Virus record (IMG/VR): IMGVR_UViG_3300025872_003406
Span: 17,584 to 81,583 of that record
Strand: one strand, 5' to 3'
Source of the DNA: a virus
Length of the DNA: 64,000 nt
Shown piece by piece: positions 15,947 to 26,700 of the stretch. A program made the translations under genes and the position numbers. The notes beneath the pieces were generated by a model. That model was given only the letters and a program-made list of their open reading frames with translations. It made no database searches and was not told where the DNA came from. The stretch's first letter is position 1; each line of letters opens with the position of its first letter.

Positions 15947-17304
15947 ACGCTACATCACAGGACCAACTACTATCAAAGTCATTTTCTTGGTTTACTGGTG
16001 TCGTAGAAGATATCAGCGATCCCATGCAGATGGGTAGAGTACGTGTACGATGCTTCGGCTATCACACCGAGGATAAAAGTCAGATCGAGACAAAGGACCT
16101 ACCATGGGCATTTGTAGTTCAGCCTGTCACTTCTGCGGCGATGGGCGGAATCGGAACATCGCCAACTGGAATACTACCAGGATCCTGGGTTGTTGGTTTC
16201 TTCCGTGATGGTCCATCGGCGCAGGATCCTCTGATCCTCGGCACGATTGCGTCGATGCCGGTTGCTCCTGATACAGCTAGAGGATTTTCCGATCCATCCG
16301 GTCAGTATCCTAGATCAAGTCGACTGGGTAGTGTGGATATTCCGAAACAATCGACAGGAGAATATACTCAAGCACCATCGTATGTTCGTAGGAATGATCT
16401 ACGTGCTCAAAATATCGAAACAGCCGTTCCCCCTAAAGTTAGCAGCGTGGCGGTCGATGAACCAGATTCGTACTACACGAGAAGCACCTGGAGCAATCTA
16501 GAAATAGACCAGGTGGTATCGCCGTCATATCCTAACAATCATGCACGGGAAACGACCTCAGGTCACGTGTTTGAGGTGGATGACACTCCGAATTATGAGC
16601 GCATTGCTGAAATGCACGCATCAGGCACATACCGTGAGATCGATGCCACCGGTAACATTACCACCACAGTCGTTGGAAATCGATATACGGTGGTCTTTGA
16701 GTCGGATAACATCTACATCATGGGATCCTGTAACATCACCGTGGATGGAGACCTGAAGCAGCTAGTAAAGGGCAACTATCACCTAGAGGTCGAAGGAAAT
16801 AAGACTGAGTACATCAAGGGATCCAGACAGTCAAAGATTGGTCAGTCCGAGCAGACCGAGATCGGGAAAGAATGGGCCACAAACGTCACGAGCAATAAGA
16901 TCGAACGTGTCGGTGGCAATACAGTCATCACGATAGACGGTGACAAGGTACAAACGATTGCTGGGAACAGTGACCTGACTGTGGCCGGAAACAACGGGCT
17001 CATCGTGGTTGGCAAACATCAAGAATTTTCTGGAGGTCATCACGAGACATCTTCATCCGGGCATCTCTTCCTGACATCCAAGGAAAACATTGAATTTGAG
17101 TCCCTGGCAGCGATGAAGATCACTGTCGACGGTAATCAGGATATCAGCGCAGCTGTCACCAATATCGCCAATAACGTGAACGTCACTGGAACAGTGGATG
17201 CAACAGTTGAGGTCGAGGCTGGATCGAATAACATCAAGCTCACCACGCACCGCCACTCCGGTGTTCAGGCCGGACTCTCGAATACTGCTACGCCAATACC
17301 ATAA
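15943..17304 (+). CDS. gp5: Baseplate central spike gp5 (OB fold plus beta-helix, no lysozyme domain, HxH apex)
   Basis: WFTGVVEDISDPMQMGRVRVRCFGYH, LPWA, GSWVVGFFRDG and YPNNH.RETTSGH.FEVDDTP motifs, VxG repeats, and C-terminal THRHSGV. Confidence 0.92.
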   Translation: MNATSQDQLLSKSFSWFTGVVEDISDPMQMGRVRVRCFGYHTEDKSQIETKDLPWAFVVQPVTSAAMGGIGTSPTGILPGSWVVGFFRDGPSAQDPLILGTIASMPVAPDTARGFSDPSGQYPRSSRLGSVDIPKQSTGEYTQAPSYVRRNDLRAQNIETAVPPKVSSVAVDEPDSYYTRSTWSNLEIDQVVSPSYPNNHARETTSGHVFEVDDTPNYERIAEMHASGTYREIDATGNITTTVVGNRYTVVFESDNIYIMGSCNITVDGDLKQLVKGNYHLEVEGNKTEYIKGSRQSKIGQSEQTEIGKEWATNVTSNKIERVGGNTVITIDGDKVQTIAGNSDLTVAGNNGLIVVGKHQEFSGGHHETSSSGHLFLTSKENIEFESLAAMKITVDGNQDISAAVTNIANNVNVTGTVDATVEVEAGSNNIKLTTHRHSGVQAGLSNTATPIP

Positions 17305-17310
17305 TCTGCC

Positions 17311-18261
17311 ATGTCATTACTTTGTGGAAAGAATCCGGCACTTGATGCGGTCAATGCGATCCGCGATCAGATCAAAGCCAAGCTTGCTGACAAGAAGAGC
17401 GCTCTGGGAGGTCTGGCTTCTCAGGTATCTGCTATCACATCAAAGATTTCCGAGCTCCAGGCGAAGGTCACGAACCTTGATTCATTCCAGGCAGAACTTG
17501 CTGCACTCGTAGGAGCAGATGCAGCAAAGATCGCTGCCTTTAAGGAGAAGTGGAAAGGTAAGGTGGCAGAACTGGATGCACTCGTGGCAAAAACTACAAG
17601 TGGAATCGCCGATGCTCTGGACTTCTGTAAAGACGTTCCAAATGTCAAGATGAATCCGGCTACCGGCGCAACAGTCCAGGAGGCCAAGGAGTCTCCCACA
17701 CCAAACACCGCACCGGTTGAAGTTGAACCAGTCAAGGAAACGGTAGTTGATAATTCTCAGAAAGTATCAACTGGAAACTCCGGTGTTATACTGGCAGAAG
17801 CGGAGAGCAAATTCGATGAATTCATACGTCAGCCATACCGTCAACAAATAACAATTCCGCTCTCAAAGAAAGTAACCTCCGCGGTCGATGAAGAGGCGGC
17901 AATACTCCTGTCTGATGAATATAAGAAAGCACGATCGTCGATTTCTATTTTTGGAGGAACAGATGATAAGCCTGAGGTGTTTAACACATTGGAGCAGGCA
18001 AAGCTTAAGAGAAATGCTGCGTCTGAATTATCGAGTCAGGTTGACAAGTACTATGAGATCAGGCTACAGGAAGTATCGCAAGATACCGGTGTATTTACCA
18101 CTATTGACTATTTTTCAATTAAAGTAGAAAGCCTGACCGATAGGTCCATCTACCAGTATATGGAAGACATCAAACCTTGGCTAGAAAAGGTGAATAGCAT
18201 TCTTACTTCCAATTCTGATGCGGCGAAGGACTACTACCGGTACAAGAATAATACCTCGTAA
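17311..18261 (+). CDS. Hypothetical helical protein between gp5 and gp25
   Basis: 316-aa ORF within the baseplate operon. Confidence 0.7.
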   Translation: MSLLCGKNPALDAVNAIRDQIKAKLADKKSALGGLASQVSAITSKISELQAKVTNLDSFQAELAALVGADAAKIAAFKEKWKGKVAELDALVAKTTSGIADALDFCKDVPNVKMNPATGATVQEAKESPTPNTAPVEVEPVKETVVDNSQKVSTGNSGVILAEAESKFDEFIRQPYRQQITIPLSKKVTSAVDEEAAILLSDEYKKARSSISIFGGTDDKPEVFNTLEQAKLKRNAASELSSQVDKYYEIRLQEVSQDTGVFTTIDYFSIKVESLTDRSIYQYMEDIKPWLEKVNSILTSNSDAAKDYYRYKNNTS

Positions 18262-18267
18262 TTTGCC

Positions 18268-18275
18268 TATAAATA
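18268..18275 (+). promoter_or_regulatory. T4-type late promoter TATAAATA
   Basis: Exact consensus 7 nt before the gp25 ATG. Confidence 0.8.
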
Positions 18276-18282
18276 ACAAACC

Positions 18283-18726
18283 ATGGCCGGAATCCTTGTA
18301 GCAAGCGATAGGAATATACTGGGACGAAAATCAGCAATCGTTTCTCAGCGAAAGCCGTATTCTGACCTGGATGTATCCCTGTCCAGAGATGTGACAAACG
18401 ATATCGCTCCATTAAAAGATATTGAAGCAGTAAAAGCTGCGGTCAAAAACTTAGTTCTTACTTCATTCGGAGAAAGACCATTCCAGCCAAACCTTGGATC
18501 GGCCATCAAGGGATTACTCTTTGAACCTGCGGATCGAATTTCGATAGCAGTACTGAGGAAGTCCATCGTTGATGTTCTCAGGAAAAACGAACCTCGTATC
18601 GATTCTATCACCATTGAGGTCAAGGATGAATCAGAGAACAACCGTTACGTGGTCGACCTAGGATTTAGGGTTATATCTCTGAACCAGGAAGTAGACATTT
18701 CATTTTATCTCCAGAGAGTTCGATAA
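18283..18726 (+). CDS. gp25: Baseplate wedge subunit gp25
   Basis: YSDLD, AVKAAVKNLVLTSFGERPFQPNLGS, LLFE and EPR motifs. Confidence 0.93.
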   Translation: MAGILVASDRNILGRKSAIVSQRKPYSDLDVSLSRDVTNDIAPLKDIEAVKAAVKNLVLTSFGERPFQPNLGSAIKGLLFEPADRISIAVLRKSIVDVLRKNEPRIDSITIEVKDESENNRYVVDLGFRVISLNQEVDISFYLQRVR

Positions 18727-18738
18727 CCTTTTACGACA

Positions 18739-20616
18739 ATGGCTCAATTCGACGTTACAGAACTAGACTTTCAAAACATCAAGGATTCCATCAAGGATCA
18801 CTTTAAATCACAGTCAAAATATAATGACTTTGATTTCGATGGATCAAATCTGTCTGTGCTGCTGGATATTCTGGCCTACAACACGCACTACAACGCGATG
18901 GTGGCTCATTTTAGCATCAATGAGTCGTTTCTCGATTCTGCACAGATTCGTGGTAATGTTGTATCCCATGCCAAGATGCTTGGATATGTACCACGTTCGG
19001 TGCAGGCATCCAGCGCAAAGTTAAACATTACCGTTACCGGAACAAGCGTTTCTCCCGCCACGCTGACAATGGAACGTGGTACTCGTTTTCAGACCGCTTC
19101 TCCGATAAGTGGATCTCCTTATGTGTTCTTAACGCTGGAGTCAGCTACCGCCTCAAAGAATAGTTCGAATAACTATGTCTTTTCTGGAGTGACTGCAAAG
19201 CAAGGTGTTCTCAAACGCATGCTTTATCTGGTAGACAACTCGATCGAGAATCAGAAATTCGTCATACCTGAGGCGAATGTGGATACTTCCACAGTTCGCG
19301 TTCGAGTCAAGACGAATCAAGATTCCGATGACTACGAGGTATTCACACGATTCACAAGTCTTTCTGGCATCAGTGCTACATCATTGGTGTACTTCATTCA
19401 GGAAAATGCCAGTGGTAAATTTGAAGTTTTCTTCGGCGATGGAATCCTTGGCAAGAAGCCAATCAACAATAACATCGTAGAGGTAGAGTATATCTACACT
19501 CAGGGGGCTGAGGCCAATAATTGCCGCGGAGCATTTACTGCACTCGATTCGATCGGATCGTTCAGCGGCGGAAGCATTTCAGTCTCTTATTCGAACGGGA
19601 CCTCTTCGACTTTTGGAGGAGCTGATCCCGAGACCATCGAGTCAATTCGATACAATGCTCCTTTGACCTATCTTTCACAGAACCGAGCAGTTACAGCAGA
19701 CGACTATCGCTCACTCATCATACGTGAGTTTGGAAACATCGATTCGATCTCAGTTTGGGGTGGCGAAAAGAACACTGAACCTGACTATGGCAAAGTCTAT
19801 ATTGCTATCAAGCCAACTGGTGCAGCTGCACTGAATGCAGCTGAGAAGAACAATATCATCACAGCGATCGAGAATAAAAACATTGTTTCGATTACTCCCA
19901 CGATCGTCGATCCAGACTTCACCTACATCAAGCTCGATGTTTTCTTCAAGTATAATCCGAATCTGACAGACAACACAAAGATTGCTCTGGAGGGATTGGT
20001 TCGAAACCGTCTACAGACATACGCTCAGACATATCTGCAGAGATTCGACGGAGTGTTTCGTTACTCCAAGCTTCTGGCAGAAGTTGATTCTGTCGATAAG
20101 GCGATTCTAAACAGCGTCACGCGTGTTTACATGTTCAAGGACATAACTCCTTCGAACGTGACTGCAAATAGCATCGATATTACATTTGCATCTCCGATCT
20201 ATGCGACATCTTCAAGCTCATCTATTCTAAGTTCTTCCGAATTTAAGATTGGTGGCGTGGTACATTACCTGAGAGATGCTCCGATAACCGGTTCTGTCAA
20301 TCGTAACATCTTTCTTTGCCGTAGATCCTCAGGGGCTGAAGTGAGAGTTGCAAATCTAGGAATACTATATGCAGCAGCCGGACGTATCGTTATCAATAAA
20401 CTTCTGCCAGATACGACTGATATTATTCGCCTGACGGTTCTTCCAAATTCCTTCGACCTGGCACCAAAGAGAAATCAGCTTCTGGATATCGCGTTGTCCA
20501 TTCCTTCTGGTCGCGGAGATCTTGAACCATCGACGGTTACTGGTGAGATCGATACGATTGCGGTGTCTGGATCATCCGGTGCAGTAAACTACACAACTGT
20601 TTCACGTCACGAATAA
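18739..20616 (+). CDS. gp6: Baseplate wedge subunit gp6
   Basis: ELDFQNIK...FNDFDGSNLS-type start, LLDILAYNTHY, ESFLDSA, LGYVP and QNRAVTADDY motifs. Confidence 0.95.
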   Translation: MAQFDVTELDFQNIKDSIKDHFKSQSKYNDFDFDGSNLSVLLDILAYNTHYNAMVAHFSINESFLDSAQIRGNVVSHAKMLGYVPRSVQASSAKLNITVTGTSVSPATLTMERGTRFQTASPISGSPYVFLTLESATASKNSSNNYVFSGVTAKQGVLKRMLYLVDNSIENQKFVIPEANVDTSTVRVRVKTNQDSDDYEVFTRFTSLSGISATSLVYFIQENASGKFEVFFGDGILGKKPINNNIVEVEYIYTQGAEANNCRGAFTALDSIGSFSGGSISVSYSNGTSSTFGGADPETIESIRYNAPLTYLSQNRAVTADDYRSLIIREFGNIDSISVWGGEKNTEPDYGKVYIAIKPTGAAALNAAEKNNIITAIENKNIVSITPTIVDPDFTYIKLDVFFKYNPNLTDNTKIALEGLVRNRLQTYAQTYLQRFDGVFRYSKLLAEVDSVDKAILNSVTRVYMFKDITPSNVTANSIDITFASPIYATSSSSSILSSSEFKIGGVVHYLRDAPITGSVNRNIFLCRRSSGAEVRVANLGILYAAAGRIVINKLLPDTTDIIRLTVLPNSFDLAPKRNQLLDIALSIPSGRGDLEPSTVTGEIDTIAVSGSSGAVNYTTVSRHE

Positions 20617-20620
20617 GGCC

Positions 20621-22333
20621 ATGCCTCACTCGATAGAAACAATCGCGAGCACTCGTAGAAAGACAAAAGAATCGATCCGCGTCGATTCACTTGTTCCTAG
20701 CGATCTGCGTCAGCCAGCCGAAAAGTTAATCGATCTACTCGAGGATTACTATACCCATATCAATGAGGTCGGTCAACCGAGCGCCGAGATCAACTCGATG
20801 GTCGAAGCTCGCGATATCGATGTAACGAAGGCAGCCTATCTTGACCTCATACAGAAGGAGATCGCCAGCGTAATTCCAAAGAACACCGTTGCGAATCGAG
20901 TCAATCTCTACAAGAATCTCGCCAGATACTACAATGTCCGTGGATCGAAAGAATCGATCGAATTGTTCTTCAAGATTATCTTTCAGGACAACGCCGAGGT
21001 CTATTTTCCTAGAAAGGACATGCTGATCGCCTCGGATGGCGTCTGGCTAGCCAACGTTCAGCGACCGGTTTATTCCGCGGCTCCTCTCCTGGGAGTGATC
21101 GGTAATGGTACAGGCGCGAAGGCGACGGTGACAACCTCAAACGGAGCAATTCGCCGTATCACTGTATCAAACGGAGGAACTCTATATCCCTGTCCCACGG
21201 CAAGTATCACTGGTAATGGAACAAACGCTGTTTTAGAATTATATGTGGCCGGAGGCATTGTTCGATCGATTAAAGTTTTAAACGGAGGATCTGGATATAC
21301 GAACGCGACAGTTGTAATTACTGGTACAAATACCACAGTTGCAACAGCGACAGCCGAGATTGTGGCAGGAGCAATTTCATCAGTCACGGTGACTGCCGGA
21401 GGTGGCGGATATGCAAGTCCTACGGTAACAATCACTGGAAATGGATCTGGTGCAACTGCCATAGCATATTGCGCCGGTGGAGTGATCAAGCACATCCAGA
21501 TGTTGACCTACGGATCCGGATATTCGACTGCAAATATTGCGGTTAGTGGTGCGACAGGATCTGGAGCCGTCACAGCCGCTACCATTGTAAATGGAGCAAT
21601 CACTCAGGTCAATCCGACATCTTATGGATCTGGATATACAACCGCAAAGGTAGCAGTAAATGGAATTGTACTCGATGAATCGGCTCCTAATTCAACCTAC
21701 GCTCAAATTATACCAAACGTAGATCGTACTGGAAACGATTCAGGTCAAATTGCATCATACATCATTGCCGATTGTGGGCAGGGATATACGGTCGCAGGCA
21801 ATTTTCTAGGATACTCTACCGGAACATACAACGAATCCCGGGGATTTCTTTCCGATAACATCAAGCTTCAGGATTCGTATTTCTACCAGAAATTTTCGTA
21901 TGTTATCCGTACCGGTAACAACTTTGATGTCTGGTCAGATACATTCAACAAATTAGTGCATCCCGCTGGAATGATATTTTTTGGTGAGATCTTGATTTTG
22001 CTGCAATTGCTTGATAGTAAGTCGATCATGCCATTGTTGCAGCCCGGTCTTATTTCCGCTGAAGACTTGGCCAGAATCATTATACTGCAGGCTGCAAATA
22101 ATCTTACGATGAGCCTGGAGGCATCGTATTACCGAATGGCTCTGAATGTTCCTACTGGTACAAATACTTCGTTCATGCTTAAATTCTTCGACGATAACCC
22201 GGTGAATATCTACGGTTCGATGACAATCGAACAGGCGGAAACGCTATATCCGTATGATGATTATACCATCTCAACAGTTATAAATACAGCACCGACGTGG
22301 AATGGGACGACTCTCGGAGTCAATTACGTCTAA
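20621..22333 (+). CDS. gp7: Baseplate wedge initiator gp7-like
   Basis: YNVRGSKESIELFFKIIF, G-rich GxGY repeats, KLQDSYFYQKFSYVI and LVHPAG motifs. Lies between gp6 and gp8. Confidence 0.82.
   Translation: MPHSIETIASTRRKTKESIRVDSLVPSDLRQPAEKLIDLLEDYYTHINEVGQPSAEINSMVEARDIDVTKAAYLDLIQKEIASVIPKNTVANRVNLYKNLARYYNVRGSKESIELFFKIIFQDNAEVYFPRKDMLIASDGVWLANVQRPVYSAAPLLGVIGNGTGAKATVTTSNGAIRRITVSNGGTLYPCPTASITGNGTNAVLELYVAGGIVRSIKVLNGGSGYTNATVVITGTNTTVATATAEIVAGAISSVTVTAGGGGYASPTVTITGNGSGATAIAYCAGGVIKHIQMLTYGSGYSTANIAVSGATGSGAVTAATIVNGAITQVNPTSYGSGYTTAKVAVNGIVLDESAPNSTYAQIIPNVDRTGNDSGQIASYIIADCGQGYTVAGNFLGYSTGTYNESRGFLSDNIKLQDSYFYQKFSYVIRTGNNFDVWSDTFNKLVHPAGMIFFGEILILLQLLDSKSIMPLLQPGLISAEDLARIIILQAANNLTMSLEASYYRMALNVPTGTNTSFMLKFFDDNPVNIYGSMTIEQAETLYPYDDYTISTVINTAPTWNGTTLGVNYV
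22279..22286 (+). promoter_or_regulatory. T4-type late promoter TATAAATA inside the 3' end of gp7
   Basis: Exact consensus about 70 nt upstream of gp8. Confidence 0.6.
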
Positions 22334-22353
22334 AATTTTACATACCATAACTC

Positions 22354-23712
22354 ATGCCAGCCATCATTACTTCTAGATTCCGTCTCGAAAATGCCTCAAA
22401 TTTTAAGGAGGCGGTCGGGTCGGACAGCGTGTATCTTTCCATCGGTAAGTCCGATAATTGGAATTCGGCACTTGGCGGAGCCGAGACCACAGCACCGACT
22501 CCTGTTGATACTCTGGTAGAGAGGAACGATTTCTGGCAGAACGCGATCGCCCTGAAGAAGATCGATTCTTCTCTTGTCACACATATCATTCCTCGCTATA
22601 ATTGGACATTAGGACAGACGTATATTCCATGGGATGACGCGTCAGATTCTATCTTTACGCAGGCATTTTACGTTATCACGAGCGAATTCAAGGTATATAA
22701 ACTCATCAATAAGCTTCATACCGCCACCACGGTACAGCTCGAACCAACGCACACTACACAAGCTCCAACGAACGCTGGCGATGGTTATATCTGGAAGTAC
22801 ATGTACACGGTGACTGCCGCGGAAGCCACTGCATTCATGACCAATCTTTATATGCCAGTGAAGACTGCTGTGATTCCTGCTGGTGGAGTTATCGGAGACC
22901 TGTCACCAGAAGATCAGACGCGCTATAACTATCAGAACAATTCGGCCTCGGATGTCGGCAAGATTTACCGCATTCAGGTGACAGCCGGTGGAACTGGATA
23001 TGCTACGCCTCCAACCGTAGTGATCAACGGAAATGGATCCGGCGCAACAGCAACTGCTGTCGTTTCTGGCGGAGTTGTTACTAGAATTGATGTTGATACG
23101 AATGGCGCGAATTATAGCGTAGTTTCAATATCATTCACTGGTGGCGGTGGTTCAGGTGCCGCTGCTCGCGCAATCCTTTCACCAAAGGGCGGACATGGTA
23201 CCGACCCAGTTTCTGAACTCGGCGGATTCTACATCGGAATGCGAGTCGTTCTGAATGGACCAGAAGGTTCTGGTGACTTTATTGTAAACGGTGCAACATT
23301 CCGCCAGATCGGAGTCATCAAGAATCCATATAATCACGGTACCACCACAATTGCCACTGGCACGACTCTTTCGGCTCTTAAGTCTCTCACACTCGCCGGT
23401 GGATCTGCCGGTGGATTCCAGGTCGGAGACTATATCACAGACAGCGGTGGATCCGGAGCTCGCGCATATGTCGATGCATTTGATTCTACAGCCGGTGTCC
23501 TAAAGTATCACCAGAATGACAAGACTGGATACGTTGCATTCACGGTCGGAATGACTATTACCGGCGCATCTGCAGGATCCGGATCAATCGGATCGCTGGG
23601 GAATCCAGAGGCAGATCGATTCAGCGGAGACGTGATGTTCGTTGAAAACCGCGCAGCCATCATTCGCTCGGCTTCTCAGCTCGAAGACATCAAGATGATT
23701 CTGGAGTTCTAA
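22354..23712 (+). CDS. gp8: Baseplate wedge subunit gp8
   Basis: MPAIITSRFR, IPRYNW, DGYIWKYMY, GHG.DP..ELG, FRQIG and ENR..I.R...Q.EDIK..LEF motifs. Confidence 0.9.
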   Translation: MPAIITSRFRLENASNFKEAVGSDSVYLSIGKSDNWNSALGGAETTAPTPVDTLVERNDFWQNAIALKKIDSSLVTHIIPRYNWTLGQTYIPWDDASDSIFTQAFYVITSEFKVYKLINKLHTATTVQLEPTHTTQAPTNAGDGYIWKYMYTVTAAEATAFMTNLYMPVKTAVIPAGGVIGDLSPEDQTRYNYQNNSASDVGKIYRIQVTAGGTGYATPPTVVINGNGSGATATAVVSGGVVTRIDVDTNGANYSVVSISFTGGGGSGAAARAILSPKGGHGTDPVSELGGFYIGMRVVLNGPEGSGDFIVNGATFRQIGVIKNPYNHGTTTIATGTTLSALKSLTLAGGSAGGFQVGDYITDSGGSGARAYVDAFDSTAGVLKYHQNDKTGYVAFTVGMTITGASAGSGSIGSLGNPEADRFSGDVMFVENRAAIIRSASQLEDIKMILEF

Positions 23713-23730
23713 GATTTAATTTAACCCGTC

Positions 23731-26700
23731 ATGGCAATCAAGAATTATAATATCCCTCCGTACTACGACGACTTTGATCAGTCAAAGAACTACCTGCGTG
23801 TTCTGTTTCGCCCTGGCTATGCTGTACAGGCCCGCGAGCTGACTCAACTGCAGACCGCAATACAAGCACAGATCGATCGTTTTGGAAGCCATGTATTCAA
23901 GGAAGGATCACCGGTTCTGGGCGGTCAGGCATCTCTAGACACTAATTACGAGTTCGTAAAACTAGAAAGCACATTCACCGATGGCGGTAGCACGTACTAT
24001 CCTGAAGGTGACGGCGGCAGTAATCTTTCCTATTACACATCAGCTGTAGGACTCACCGTCACTGGTGTCACGAGTGGAGTCATTGCGGATGTCCTTGAAG
24101 CAACGGCATCTACCACATCAGATGCTCTCACTATTTTTGTTCGCTATACGCGTGCCGATACTGCAAATACATCCCATAGATTTTCTCCCGAAGAGATTTT
24201 GACATTTACTGTCAATGGTTCTACGAAGAAGTTTAAGGTTAAATCAGAAGTTAATAATCCTGTAGGAAGAGGAACCCGTGTTTCTGTCAACGAAGGGGTG
24301 TACTTTGTAAAAGGAAATTTTGTCTATGCAGCGGCTGATTCAGTAATTGTATCAAAATATACCACAAACCCATCAGCGCGTGTAGTCTATAAGATTTCAG
24401 AGAATATCGTTACCTCAACAGAGGATGCATCTCTGGTAGACAACTCAATAGGAACGCCGAATGAATCTGCTCCAGGAGCACATCGCTATCAGGTTGCTCT
24501 CGATCTGGTCGTAGAGCCATATCTCCTCTCGAACAGAACAGAGGACAATATCATTCAGGTACTGCTGATCAATGGTGGTCAAGTAACAGGACGTGCCCGT
24601 ACAGAGTATTCAGAACTTGCACGCACTCTGGCCACTCGTACCTATGAAGAGTCTGGCAATTACACAGTTCGTCCGTTCCAGATCAACGTTCGCGAGTATT
24701 ACAACAGCGGCACGAACGGAGGATTGTTCACGCAGGCACAAATTCAGTCAGCAAATCCAGGATTCACGAGCCAACAAGCTCTGGATTATGGAAAAGCCAG
24801 ATTGGCAGTAGGACTTGAACCCTCGGTTGCATATGTTAATGGGTATCGCATCGAGACTCTCGATACTACATATGTCACTGTGGAAAAAGCTCGAGATGAG
24901 GCATTCATCAATGGTGCATCGATCTTTACTCCGCTCGGAGGATATGTCTATATCGATACGGTTGTAGGACTTCCAGATACTGCTACTTTTAGTCCGATAA
25001 ACCTCAAGAATTCTGGAGGTACCACGATTGGTACCGCCCGCGCTCGTGCCATGGAATATGTTTCCGGCACAATTGGATCAGCAGCTTTCTATAAGCTATA
25101 CCTGTTCGATATCGTAATGAATTCTGGACAGTCATTCTCTAACGTCAGTACACTTCAAGATACATCTGTCCCAGGATACGACTTCACTGCAACGGTCAAT
25201 GATATCGATTCGAATATCACGTATGCAGTTCTATATGATCCATCAAATAGTTCGTTGCTGTACAAGCTTCCTGTCAGTGCTGTACAGTCTCTGCGCTCTT
25301 CTGATGATGTGACGTGCGACTTCTTCTACTACGTCAAGCGCAAGTTTGATAACGTCCAGGCAAACGGAAGTGGTCAACTGACGCTTACAGCAAGTTCCGA
25401 GAATTTCTACTCGGTTACCTCTACGGATTATGTGGTCGTTAAGGCGAGTGACGGAACTCAGGTCACTCAGGCAGTAACTCCTGTTCTGAACAGTGGTGGA
25501 ACATCTGTCACCCTCTCGCTCGGCGGTGGAAATGCAAATCTGTACTTCTACGTCATTGCATCGACACGTCGAAACCTGATCGAAAAATCAAAGACTTTCG
25601 TATCTGGTGTTACGACTTGGACCTCCGGCGCCTACGGTAATGGTCAGAAGGCATTCTCATCACCAAACACCACACCCGGTGGTTATGATTCTCTAGCTCA
25701 GACCGACGTCCTGAGAATCAAAGCGGTGTATATGTCTGCCAATGCTTCGACGGACGCCACGACCAACGACACGAATATCACCAGTCGTTATACACTGGAT
25801 GACGGTCAACGAGAAAACTTCTACGATGTGGCCCGCATGCAGTTAAAGCCAGGAGCAAGTGCTCCTACAGGTCGTATTCTAGTAATCTTTGATTATTTCA
25901 CTCACAATCCTGGTGACTACTTCGGCGTCAATTCCTACTCTGGCGTTGACTACGGAGATATTCCTACATTCAATTCCATCAAGGGAGCGATCGCTCTCCG
26001 CGATGCGGTCGACTTCCGCCCGACCAAGAGTAACGACGGTTCTGGATTCACGGCCGCTGGTGCTTCGACCTCGAACTGCATTGTTCCAAATTCTACGATT
26101 CTGACAGATATTCAATTCTATCTGCCGCGCATCGACAAGATCTTCGTCAATAAGAATGGAGAGTTTGCCTCAATCAAGGGTATCTCGAACGTGATTCCAA
26201 AGGCGCCGGAAGATCCGGAAGATTCGATGGTACTATACTCGATTAACCTGAATGCCTATACATTCAGCACGATCGACCTCTCGGCAAAGATGATCGACAA
26301 CAAGCGCTATACGATGCGTGATATCGGTCGTCTGGAGAAGAGACTCTCGAATGTTGAGTACTACACCTCGCTGTCGCTGCTCGAAAAGTCCGCAGCGAAT
26401 ACCCAGATTCTGGATGGTACAGGTAACCAGAGATACAAGAACGGGTTCATCGTTGATTCGTTTGTGGACCATGGAATCGGTGCCCTCAATCATCCAGACT
26501 ATCACTGCTCGATCGAGGCCGAGAAGGGAATCCTTCTGCCAGAATTTACTCAAAAGTACGTCAACCTTGTTCCTAATATCGCAGGATCGGCTAATATCAA
26601 GCAGACCGGATCTTTAGTCACTCTTAACTATACAGAAGTACCATTGATCGAACAACCGTATTCGTCATACTCCGAATACGTTAACCCACACGCGGTATAT

